A stretch of DNA of 57,857 nucleotides, counting the filler, from Sluysia triapertura (lineage: Eukaryota): the NCBI GenBank assembly GCA_046118255.1. It is 4 parts of 4 records of this genome, joined end to end, with 100 filler letters (N's around TTAATTAATTAA, not from the genome) between each part and the next. Parts side by side here need not be neighbours in the genome. Positions count along the whole stretch, not along the records: positions 28,264 to 40,483 come from JBJNIA010128296.1; positions 40,584 to 57,857 come from JBJNIA010190052.1; 2 more parts are not named here. The stretch is one strand, 5' to 3'. A program made the position numbers and the translations under genes. A model generated the notes under the pieces. The model saw only the letters and a list, made by a program, of their open reading frames with translations. It ran no database searches and had not been told where the DNA came from. This document shows, piece after piece, positions 40,147 to 52,496 of the stretch (positions within the stretch are counted from its first letter, which is position 1; every line of letters starts with the position of its first letter).

Positions 40147-40483
40147 GGGTCGGGTCTTTGAATTTTATCCGTGCACCGGGAACAGCCCTACTCAATGATT
40201 TAATAATAATGTATTATTCAGTTAAATATAATACAATAAAAACAAGGATGAAATTACAACGTAACGTTATGAATTTCGATGGATTTTTAATAAAATAAAG
40301 GTAGAACCAGATGTATGTATTATACTATGTATGTATATTATATAGTATATAATGAAACAGCTACGAACAACTATTATTCCAAAATAAGACATGCTTTGTA
40401 TTACCGAATTAGAAATTTATTGTAAATATTCTAGAATTTTATTTCAAAAAACACTCAAGAAGGATAATGAAAATTCATGATTT

Positions 40484-40583
40484 NNNNNNNNNNNNNNNNN
40501 NNNNNNNNNNNNNNNNNNNNNNNNNNNTTAATTAATTAANNNNNNNNNNNNNNNNNNNNNNNNNNNNNNNNNNNNNNNNNNNN
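40484..40583. other. Artificial contig spacer N44-TTAATTAATTAA-N44
   Basis: Same 100-bp linker. Confidence 0.95.

Positions 40584-40643
<60 letters not shown>
40584..40643. repeat. (ATG)n microsatellite
   Basis: Perfect run at the contig start. Confidence 0.95.
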
Positions 40644-40645
<2 letters not shown>

Positions 40646-43600
40646 ATGGCTGTAACAAAGAGTATGTATCCAGAAAATGGTCAGGTGACCAAGATAAATT
40701 ATGAATTATGGGAAAATTTTGGGTATTTAGAAAATGTATAAATATACATTGTGATTTTTCCTGAACGTGAAAGAATCTCATTTGTGGAACTTTCAAAAAT
40801 TGCAAAAATTTATTACTATTATGAGTTAGGTCATTCAAACATTTTAAAACTTAAATCACTTAACAGTATTATTACATTAGAAAAGTTCACCCTATAAATC
40901 AACTAAAATTCACATGAATACCACATTAAAGCAAGAATAAAACATAGACCACTGAATCCACGTGTTTTTCAAATACGGAATAACAATATTTCAGAAGAAA
41001 ACTCACACTTTACAATACCCAATTCATTTAACAAATTCAAACAAATTAGTTACAGAATATTAAAATATTACTGCATAATTCAGTACGTTTAAGAATCACT
41101 AATCACTTACACACCGTAAACCATAAGCTTTGATACTCACACAATTTATAACATTACCCCTTAAAACATTCATATACCAGACATCCAGATCTCATATGTA
41201 AATACCAAATATTGTGTGAATTTCTGCAAAGATCGTGTAAGAATTAAAAATTAGCCGCAAAGAACGTCCTTAAAATTCCCAATTTAAGTCACATATTTCT
41301 GAGTGGTATCATAGCCTTTGTACATTCTATACTTCAGAATTAATTTATTTATTGTTTTATTTATCCAAGATCATGTGGAATTTGAAAACTCAATAGAAAG
41401 CTAAAGAAATTCTTGTAGTTGTAAAGAAAATATAAGCACTTTTAAACGCACAAAACACTCAGCAAATTCGTAATCAAAATCAGGTTCAAAGTTCAAACAA
41501 TTCCATATAAGCCTTACGCTTTGAACCTTAACCTTTTGAACCATTTCTCCATTTCTTATGTTATATTTATGTAGTTGAAATTCAAGAAGATAAATAAAAA
41601 TTGAAAAAGTAAGATCTTTTTCCTAAATTTACGCCAACGATGAGTGCAGATATAGACGATTTTGAACCATATTCTTACAATTATATGATAGATCTTTTCA
41701 GCTATTAGTGAATTATTATCTTCTTGAATTAGTTTTTAATCAAAACGAGTTAGTTCACCAATAATAAATAAATTTTAGATTGAGAAAATAGAATTATAAA
41801 TAAATTTCGTAAAAAAATCAAGCGAAAAACGATCGCTCTTTGAATGAGATCTAAATAATATTGATGATAATGATTTAAATTCATTTCTGTTAAAATGTTA
41901 ATGCGTCAATGATGTCTTAAAAGTCAATTCAAGTATTTCAGTATTTAAAACTACATTAAATAGAAATCAGTTATCTAAAGATCGGCTTGATCCACCGAAT
42001 AATATCTTCGATCATCGTACAAGAAACCGTTTTCTCAATATCTTACGATGCAAGATTATGTGCGTATTTCACTTATCAGTCAGCAGTATTAAATGATATA
42101 GATTATTTTTGTTAGGCGTTGGTGCTGTGATTGTTTGAGTTATTTATTGAACAAATGCTTGAAATATATGCATATGTAAAAAAAATTTTCTCAACCGGTT
42201 GAAAATACACTCATTATATCAGGAACAATGGTTACACTAAATGCTAATTATACATATTTTTGTGAATTGAATCAATATAACCTTTATAGTACTATCTCGT
42301 TATGAGATTTTGGTTTCAATTTGACTGGAAATTGCCATGTCACAACAAATGACTTCAACAATGGATATTTAAGTAACAATTTTATAAATTTACGTTTATT
42401 TTTATCTGGACCCTTTTTAGTGTAAGTATTGCGCTCAGAGATTGTAAATTATACTAAAGATAAAATTGATAAATAGAATCCAAGTATGATAAATTAAATC
42501 ACAAAATAGCCGATATTCAGATCGAAATAAATCTGAGTCGAAGATTAGAATCTGAAACTAATTTAAATAAATAATGAATATCTTAAGAAATAAAGTAATA
42601 CGTTAGAACATTAATACTTTACTTGATAATAAATACAAGACAAAACAAAACAAAAAGATCAAACATTTCTAATAATGACATCACCTTAGCAAGATTTGAT
42701 TGTTAAGTATGTGTAAATAATAGTAAGGTATTTGATTAAAGCTTAACTCATCTTGATGACAATACTTAAATTACTTTACAATTACTTGATAATTATACAT
42801 AAATCATCGGATAAACCTACAAATCTTATTCATATTAATTCATCAATTTCCACTCGGCCCAACCATTTTTTTCATACATAATTTAAACTTAAACCTCAAG
42901 ACTGCTTTTTCTTTTTCATCATACTCTCCCTGCTTTATCCGAATACCTGATTTATTTTAACCCATTAACGTACGTGTACTTCTAAAACTTAACAATAACA
43001 CTAATTAATTCAAACTGGTATACAAATATTTTAAAAGATAAAAAAATTGGTTTATAAAAATGCTACCTGAAGCAGGTATGAAAGAGTTATGTAGGTTTGT
43101 TTATTTAAATGTTATAAGTTTGTTGTTTAATAAATAATCTGTTGGTTAATTAAGTTGAGTTTGGATTACTGCACAAAATATATTGGATTACAAAGGTTTT
43201 CATTGATATCACGTGAACTCATATCATTGAATGTATTAATATTTATAAAATTTCAGTTTCAAAAATATTTTGCATAGTTTAAATATTTATTCGTGAAAGT
43301 ATTAATCAAACCTTTGATAAATGTCGAAAAAAAATATTTTTGTTTTACAGAAACTGTAATAAATTAAGTATTCATAGACTTTTTCAAAATAATCAAACAA
43401 AAACTATTTGTAACATGGAATATTAAAACAAATGACGAGTGGAGAATGGGCAAATATAATTAACTTACAAATTTAGACAAATGTTTTAATGTGAATTTCT
43501 GAATCACTTATAATAATTATGCTGAATTAAGTTATTATTGTTCATGAATTATTTCATGGAATGAAAATCCAATATTTTATTTGTTTTTCTTCAAAGTTGA

Positions 43601-43843
43601 CTATATTCTAGAACAGGACAATACCTTATTTTCAAATTATAATCTTATATATATAAACTACGTAAATACTTTCTTCCATCCTTCATATATGCATAGAAAT
43701 TCTATTCGAATGCTCTAGCTCATTTTAAAATCTTCACTTAAACGTTTCTTTTTCTAAAGTCTGATATACTTAAAATTAAAATTTATTTGATTTCATTTAC
43801 AGCTATACGTACTTAAATAAAAAAAACAAAATTCATATCTTAC

Positions 43844-44511
43844 CATCGCTGCTCGAAAATAAATGAATCCACAATATTGAATAGCGACTAAATTCTGTAA
43901 ATCGACACTTGTCGTACTTTGCACATACTAAATGTATTTTATTCCAAAACTATTAATCTACTTTCATCCAATTTCCACAAAAATCATCTGTATAATCCAA
44001 TAATAAATTAGTCATATTATAAAGAGACTTCCTTATGAACCAGCCATTTCCAGAAAGAGATTTTTCATAATAATTACGCTTAAATTCTTCAGACTCTGAA
44101 ATTTGACCTAACATGGGTCCAAACATTGTTCCTTTCTTTATCTTCTTTTTTGCTAAAACAATATATTTATCTGAATCTTGCTCTGATATCTTTAATGACA
44201 CAATTACAGGCATTGATCTTTTGATATGAATTTCAGGATTTTTTAAGCAATTGCAAACTTCTTCACTCGTAATTAAATTAATAAAACTATCTAATTTGGC
44301 ATTATTAGTATATTTTCTATAAACACAGCTTTTAAGTCGATCCAACGACCAAACTTGTTTATGATTTGAGCACAAACCAACAACATCTGCAGAGCAATTA
44401 TAACAATCTAACAAAAATTTTATAACTCAATTGGATATTTTAATTAAAATTTAATTTAGAAAAGTTTATCTTACATAATAAATCATCTCGTATTATAATT
44501 TCTTCGTTCAT
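43844..44511 (-). CDS. PRDM-family protein: PR zinc knuckle + PR/SET domain (exons 44475-44511, 43962-44407, 43844-43927)
   Basis: Spliced reading MNEEIIIRDDLLY-CYNCSADVVGLCSNH (Cx2Cx7Cx2H knuckle)...IKKGTMFGPMLG...GNWMK/YVQSTTSVDLQNLVAIQYCGFIYFRA. Introns of 67 and 34 bp are GT-AG and in phase. 3' end unresolved. Confidence 0.88.
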
Positions 44512-44919
44512 TGGTGTCTACTTTTTTCTGCAAGAAAAATTATTCACAAATAAAAATTATATTTTGTTATTTAAAAAAAGCATTTAAAGTTATTATATTA
44601 ATTGCATTATCGTTTAAGTTATAAAATAAATTATCTAAAATAAAATATCACACTATATAAACTAAAAAAGTTCGAAAATATTAAATAAAATCAAATTTAA
44701 ATAAAGATTAATTAAAACAATATAATTTTATTAAAGGTTAAATTATTTTATATTAATTTAATTGAGCTAACAATATAATTTTTAGTACTTTTATTTTAAT
44801 CTTGAAAATAAGTCAATAGATTAATTTTGTATAATTCTTAATTTTAAGGTTTCATTTAGTTTTAACCTTAAATATAATATTTAATTATAATAATGATTGA
44901 TTAAAGTTATTATTGAAAA

Positions 44920-45073
44920 TAATAATAATTATTATTATTATTTATTAATATTAATATTATTATTATCATTCTTATTCTTATTCTTATTTTTAATATTCTT
45001 ACTATTATTATTTATTAATATTATCATTATCATTATTCTTATTCTTCTTATCATTATTATTATTATCATTATT
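44920..45073. repeat. Degenerate (TTA/TTATTC)n low-complexity tract
   Basis: Imperfect trinucleotide and hexanucleotide runs. Confidence 0.85.
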
Positions 45074-45109
45074 ATCGAACCCGGAAACTCTGGCTGAGCA
45101 GTTCGATGA
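45074..45109 (-). pseudogene. tRNA-like fragment (anticodon arm to T-arm)
   Basis: Minus strand ATCGAACTGCTCAGCCAGAGTTTCCGGGTTCGAT carries a B-box (GGTTCGA) and resembles 57802-57857. Confidence 0.5.
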
Positions 45110-45114
45110 ATTTA

Positions 45115-47916
45115 AAACATTTATTTTTAAAGTATTACGCATATAATTTAAATAATCAAAATATATGTATATATAAATATAAATAATGGGGATCAAGAAA
45201 TTATATGATTGTTAGTGTTTTCCAAATGCATGGTCAAATGTTCAGTACAATATTACAACTGCTGCTGCTGCTGCCAGTTGTGCTGCATAAAGAGAAATGG
45301 ATAATGCTTTTTAGGATTACAGTCATATCATTGTACAAAAATACACAAATTAAATGAATAAAATGGCTAAGGGAGGATGATAAAATATAAATACATAAAG
45401 CACAAACAAATATTAACAATGAAAATGAAGGATAATTAAAGGATACAAATTAAAATAACAGGTGAAAGAAGTAAAATATAGAAGGCTACGGTTGGAAAAG
45501 GAGATGAAACTGGAAATATATAGCTTGATACCCACTGATATTAGCTTTGCGAAATCTTAACTTTTTCAAGAGAATGTCATTTTCTGGATCCCATGAACCG
45601 AGTAAGCCAACTTCAGAGGTATCAATGGAAACCTGACATTTAATTTCCGATTGGAGTTTCTTCCTAAGATCAGAGTACTTGGCAATATTAAGAGATCTGA
45701 CCGCCACAAATTTATCACATCAGAAAGAGTTGGGATAATTGGTGCCTTGCTCCTGAATGTCGGGTCTTCGGTAATCATCAGTAAGATGGGTTTTGAGTGT
45801 CTTTTTTAACTAGTATCTTATTATGACTCGCTTTACTACCCGTAACAATGTGAGTGCACATACATGAGACATGTGCAATTGTTTCACTTTCAAACCCGCA
45901 CGAGCGACAAATGACAGGAAGATGAAGCCTAATATTTTGTGGGCAGAAATTGAGTTTGAGAATATTATTTCTGGCTTTAATAGAAAAGATCCAAGTCTGA
46001 TTGTTTAGTTGTAGGGAAAATGGACGACAGGATAAGGAGCTTTTCGTAAAGCAGTCAACAAAACGACCTTGGATTTTGTGGTATTTCCAAATGTTGATAT
46101 TGGAAATATTAATCACTTCATTAATATATTTCCCCACTTTCTCTTTATGAAACCGATTTAATATAACCTCACTGTTTTCAAGGATGTCGCACTTAATACT
46201 GAGTTTAATTTGGTCCTCCGAATGAAGAAAGGAGACAGAAATTCGATATTTACGTTGCAGATTGAGAATAGACCGCCGAATTTTGATCCACTAAGTTTAG
46301 AGTCGCGCGCGCCTCCATTCAACCATGATAGAGTATCAGGTAGATTTTCAACTTTACAGTCTATCAGTAGCAACTCGGACAATTTCATGAAAGGAAAGGG
46401 TACGGATAATGTCGGTACGAATATTGAAAAGTCGGAAAGCGCAGACTATAGTCGTCGTAGGAAGATATCAATCCTAAAACCCCTCGATTTTGTGAGAAAA
46501 GAAGAAGGCGTTGTTAAAACTATGAAGAAATGCTTAATTTTTTCATCATACCCGACAGATTGAAAAAGGATGTTGTGAAACTTGGGAGGAAACAATCTAT
46601 GTATCAGGTCACAAAATTCGGAAAGGATTTCATCGACAGAAAGTTCATCCTTACATATATTGTTACACAACAATTGAAGAGAAGGATGAAGTTGTTTTGC
46701 TTTTTTGTCGGATGGAAGTTTCAGAGAGTGGGCAACGACATTATAAAGTATATCCAAGAGGGAGGAGCGCAAAGCGAGGGCTTCCAGATACCCACAAATC
46801 ATAACTCCATAGTCGTAAGAATTGCTCTGGAGCTTAAAGGGAAAAAGTACTTTTAGGAGAAACGTGATGCCCTTGATGTCAAAAAGGGAACATGTGCGTT
46901 GAGAAAGCCCTTTCCCTATCGCATCGGTGGCTGGATTGTTTTTGCGGTGCAGATGGTCAATGACAAGTATGAAGATCCATCATTTACGTCAATGACAAGT
47001 ATAGAAAAATGAGATTTCATGCAGATTACTGCACAAATTGTAGGGCAGTCCAGGAGGTATCCAAGAATGGAACGTTTGAAAAGAATGGGGTTCTTATATG
47101 ATGGGTCACATAACGAAGTAACAAGAACGGTATCCGGTCAATGAAAACAAGAGAAGAATGACTATATTTCATCTTCATAGAAGCAAAGGTCCATATTGTA
47201 TTTTGCGATGTGGAAGGAAAGAGAGGGCATGACAACAACAGAAGAAAGAGGATAAAAATGATTAAAATATTTGGAATACATGAAAGAAAAATACATCATG
47301 CAGACATTTACAGCTCAGACATACACAGAAAAAAGGTCGGATCGTTCAGAGTTAAAATGATAAAATAACGTTAGCAGCAGCAGCAGGAAAGGATCTTCAT
47401 GGATCAAGGCCAAGACTCCTGAACAGAGTCCTCGAACATCTTATCCAATTTCGGTCACCTATTTTCCTGCTATCAATCGGCCTTTGTCTCCAACAGTTGA
47501 AGATCCATTTTCGGTTTCCAGAACAGCAGGTCTCCTTTTAAACTCGGTAAGGCATTGCAGTCCAGATGCAGATATATATGTGTGACCATCTTCGGGTACC
47601 GATACTTTAACTCCAGAATTACCATTCCACTGACCAACAACAGAGTCATTTACTGAAGCATTAGCTGGATCGTCTACTACACCATCTTTGGGTTCCAAAA
47701 TACTGGTACAATTGTCTCGAACTGGTCCACCATTTCGGTCAACAACAGGATACTAAGGGTTATCACCAGATGGAACCACGATTCCACCAATATGTCGGTC
47801 ATCTTCTTCACCATCATGATCATCACGAGGACCACTATGAGCTATCAGCCCGTCTAACAACTTTTAGATTATTATTGTCCATTATACTACATGGCTCTTT
47901 AGGCCTGCATCCCAAA

Positions 47917-47918
<2 letters not shown>
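45115..47918 (-). mobile_element. NeSL/Utopia-type RLE retrotransposon relic: Ulp1 - (no visible RT) - linker - CCHC - restriction-like endonuclease
   Basis: ICMKSHFSILVID (~47000); LQSNSYDYGVMIC (~46820); LSWLNG; FSIKARNNIL; CRSCGFESETIAHVSCMC; RSDL; KYSDL; VGLLGSWDPEND (NeSL/Utopia-like VGALGSWDP). Many frameshifts. Confidence 0.85.
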
Positions 47919-47957
<39 letters not shown>

Positions 47958-47972
47958 CATTAATATTATTAT
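47919..47972. repeat. (TTA)n microsatellite
   Basis: Near-perfect run abutting the 5' end of the RLE relic. Confidence 0.9.
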
Positions 47973-49289
47973 TAGGATTTCCTGAGTTTGGAATATGAAA
48001 TGTATAAGGAAGATGTTGAATTGGCAAATTCAAAAATAAGTGATACAGAATGATGGTCAAATGTTAGAGTAATTCTCTGTTTTTCTTTTGAAAACTTGAT
48101 TGTGATATTGGGAATTTATGGTTAGTCTTAAAAATTTCAATAATATTGAGTGATATTTTATAACTCCTCTAAATAAAAAGTTTAGCGTAACAGAAACAAA
48201 CTTACTATATACTTAGATTTAAATAAATAATTTTTCAAATTTTTTGCTACTGATCGTAAGAATAATTAATTTCTTTGTATTCAACTTGGACTAATTGTGT
48301 ATACTTGTAATGACTATTATTGTGAGAAAATGAAATTTTCATTTTTTGTATTTATACAAATTTGTCGATTGGTAGCCATATTATTTACTTTTAGATTATT
48401 AAAACTGAAAATTATTAAATTATTTAAAATAAATATCAATTTAGTTAGCTTAAAAAGAATCTCAATTATTCACTAGATCAAATATAAATTTTTTATAATT
48501 CTCTTATTTAATATCAATAATTATTCACCCCCAAAATTAAGCTCTTGGAAATCAAATCAATAACACTAACATAACAGTTTACTCGTTAAATAAAAATCAA
48601 TTACAAATTAGTATTATTATAAATATTTATTAAGCAGTACTAAAATGATTAAAATGACGAGATTAACAATAACGTTTATAATAGTCTCACGATATAACAA
48701 TCTATCAAAATAAACCAGAGGTGACGCAACACTAACACTAAATATTAACTATTATTTACGATTATCAAATATAAATTTTTCAACAAAACACAAGAACAAG
48801 AACTATTTTGATAAAATCCTCTAAAAAAATATTATTATTTTTAATTATAAAATGAATTCAAAAATTACTTAAAGCACAGATCTTCTTATTTGCATTACTA
48901 ATTGTTATTATTGTTGTATTGTCGTTGTAGTTGTTGTTGCGTTGCGTCATAAAATTTTTAAGTTTTCCTTTTTATATTTTCTCATCATCCAATAATTTCC
49001 AATTTTGTGATTAAACGTATGACTGCAACATTCTTTGAGAATTAATCCACACTAATAACTTTGACACTAACATAGTACAGACTGTCAAACTTTATTAGAT
49101 ACAGAACACAAAAATTTAATTTACGATTATCTATTATTTTCCTTTACTCTAATCAATATGCTTTTACTTAAATTAATTCTCACATTAAAATAACAATCAT
49201 TATTATTGCTAACATACATAAAAAATTAGTTTTCAGAATTTAATTGATTTCTGGTATTTACAGCCAATTTTCTAATGAAAAATGTTTTA

Positions 49290-50147
49290 AACAAACAACT
49301 CTACAAATATTTCAAACTCACTTATAGATTCTCCTCTTTCATAGCAATCATCTCATATTCCATTCATTACATTTGCATCACTCTAGGTATAAAAAATTCA
49401 AAATTCCATAATTAAAAATTAATTAAAATTTGACTTTGCTCAAACTGGGTCAACCCATACCTTCACCGAAAGGTTTTTTCAACACAAATACTCACACAGT
49501 TTCAAATTTAACATAGCATTCCGCATTCAAAAGTTATTCACAAAATCGTACTTTTTCTTAATTAAGTTAATTAAAATTTTTAATTAATTAATCTATTTCT
49601 GGACTTAATCTTATTTTATGTTTAAAGGATTTATTGAGGTTCTAAAGTTTTTTAGTAGTTTATAAGGCATTCAGGAGGCTCTAGATATTTTCACCTGCAC
49701 CTCTCTGATTCCTTGTTCTACTTTTTCATGTTAATTATTACTTTACTAAACTTATCTTTATTATCTTGAACAATGATTTTCTTTTTCAAATTTTTTTAAA
49801 GATTTTATACACTTTATAAGATTACTTAAGGATCTCAAATGCTTATAGATATTCCAAGAATGCTTAAAGGTTACTAAGGCCTTAAATGATCTAAAGTTCT
49901 AAAGGTATCTTACTGCTTCTAAAGGTTTTTCAAGTCCATCTCAAGCTTCCATAAGATCTCAAACCCTTATAGGTCTTTGGAACTCCAAGGTATTCTTTAG
50001 CTGTTATGATCATTATAAATGTTTTCAACAATAATTTTAATGTTCAATCCATCACTTGTATCAGTTTTTCCCTCATTTTATGATTTTAAATATTTTCATT
50101 CATCTCAGTTTTCTTCATTTTCAGATCCTCAGTTTGGCAATCCCAGC
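49290..50147 (+). repeat. Repeat family A, copy 3
   Basis: Collinear with 1003-1846; ends cagatcctcagtttggcaatcccag. Confidence 0.9.
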
Positions 50148-51349
50148 AATGACCATAAGTATTAAAAGCATAAATCAAGTTAATGTTCACTAAAAAGTCA
50201 TTTTACACATGTTGTCGAAATTGGCATGGACGTATCAGTGACATGTGATATGTTTAGATAGTTAAATTTAGTATCTTAAAGAAAATAATTAATAAAATAA
50301 TAATAATTTAAGAGATAATAAAATAGTAGTTAAAATCTAATAAATTACTAAATAGTAAAATAATAATTTTGAAAATGTTTGACAGTGCTTAAATTGTATA
50401 TATATGCATATACCAACGAGAAAGGACAGACCACAGAAAAATGAAATTTAATCAAATTATATAGCGATTTGTACTTAAGAAAAGATTAAAGTTGACTAAT
50501 ATTGTTGATGGATCACTAATTATATTTCACTTCACAACAATTCCTCAGAGATTAATTGTCAAGAACGAATGTATTGATTCAAGTAAATCCAAAGAAAAAT
50601 CCATTATTTATCCAGATACTATATATTGTTTTTCCCAAGTTTTAATTATATAAATTTTGACCTTAGTCATGAATTCTGTTTAAAATCATCAAATTGAATT
50701 ATTAAGAAGTTGATGACCTGCTATTACCGTGAGGTTTTTTGAAATCATTGCAAACGCAATTATTGTATAAATCATTTTGTATATATCTTTGGATTTAAGA
50801 CTCAGTGCGCATATTTGTATTTAGCAAAGTTATTGTAATATGCTTAGAAACATAATACAATTTAAGATAAGTGAAGAACATTAATAATTGAATAAATTTG
50901 AATAAACGAACAACCACTTCATTATTTTTAAGTTAAGAAGAAAGTTAGTACTCAAACATATAAGTATTAAATCTTTTGTCAAAGGGAAAATTGTACGAAT
51001 AATTTAAACCGTCAGTTAAACGAATAATAAAAACCTGATAGTTATTTAATATGTAACAGTGATTAAAAAATAAACAACCGTAATAAATTCATAAAACGAA
51101 TATAAAATATATCTACATAACGAATGAAGTTAGAGAAACATTTGAATATAATGATTTCCGTAAAAATTCCTGTAGGTACGCCTCTCGAACGAGTGTAAAT
51201 CGTGCATTATAAGCGAATCATAAGTCGATGAGTTTGCAATTATTTTCTGATAAAAACATTTGAAGAAGTATTGTATCAAAAGTTATGGGAAATAACTTTA
51301 TCAAATTTATATTCAATTTAAACTGATGCATTATTGTAAAATTGAGTAT

Positions 51350-51404
51350 TAGTTGTACTGGACCTTAACCTACATAAAATTTTGGCAGGGTTCGGTTACA
51401 ATTA
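51350..51404 (+). ncRNA. Candidate pre-miRNA-like hairpin
   Basis: tagttgtactggaccttaacc / ggcagggttcggttacaatta gives ~19 pairs including four G-U wobbles that form only on the + strand; 13-nt loop. Confidence 0.4.
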
Positions 51405-51710
51405 CGATTTACGACGCGAAGTAACAGAATTTAACTTTCTAATGTCTTTACCTTAAATTCGTCTTATTAAATAGATGTTTACAATGAAATTTAATTTATA
51501 TTATATTTAATTGAACACAGGATATATACTTCTTTATGAACGTTCAAATCCGGACAATAAATTAGCAATTTAACTCTTCCTTACAATGGTTTATTAGCAC
51601 TAATTGAAGCCTATTCTATTATTTAACTCCAAGTAGATTACTCCTTTAATTTATTTAGTTTAGATCGTTTTAGGTTTAATTCTTGCAAATTAAAAAATAT
51701 TGCATTTTTT

Positions 51711-52496
51711 GGGATTGCCCAACTGTGAATCTGGAGATGAATAAAATGAATAAAATAAAACATAAAATGAGGGAAAAACTGATACAAGTGATGGACTGAC
51801 ATTATAAATATTGTTGAAATAAGAATCATGATAAAGAAAACATTTTTAATGATACTAACAGCTAAAGAATATCTTAAGGTTCCAAAGACCTATATCAGGG
51901 TTTGAGATCTTATGGAAGCTTGAGATGGACTTGCAAAACCTTTAGAAGCATTAAGGTACCTTTAGAACTTTAGATCACTTAAGACCTTATTCATGAAACC
52001 TTGATAAGCATCTAAGATCATGAATAATATCATAAAGTGTATAAAATCTTTGAAATGATTGAGAAATAAAATTTTTGTTCAAAAGAATAAAGACAAGTGT
52101 ACCATAGTAATAATTAACATGAAGAAGTAGAAAAAGGAATCAGAGAGGTGGAGGTGAAAACATCTAGAGCCTCCTGAACTTTCAGATAACTTTAGAACCT
52201 CAATAAAACCTTTAAACATGGAATAAGATTCAGTCTAAAAATAGATTAATTAATTAAAAATTTTAATTAACTTAATTAAAAAAATAACTTTTAAAAGTGG
52301 AGTGCTATGTTAAATTTGAAACTGTCTTTGTATTTGTTTTGAAAAGACCTTTCGATGAAGGTATGGTTTGACCTAGTTCATGCGAGGAAAGCCTTAATAT
52401 TGAGCAAAGTCAAATTTTAATTAATTTTTAATTATGAAATGTTAAATGTGATGAATGGAATATGAGATGATTGCTATGAAAAAGGAGAATCTATAA
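51711..52496 (-). repeat. Repeat family A, copy 4
   Basis: Begins gggattgcccaactgtgaatctggagatgaat, the reverse complement of the copy 1/3 terminus; collinear thereafter. Confidence 0.9.

Noticed and set aside
40536-40838. Poly-His ORF and the other poly-Ile/Leu/Tyr/Asn ORFs in the track
   Set aside because: Translations of microsatellites and N gaps.
47800-47918. HDV-like ribozyme at the RLE element 5' end (minus-strand TCCTCGT)
   Set aside because: The bases flanking TCCTCGT do not form P3 and no P1/P2 pairing could be built.
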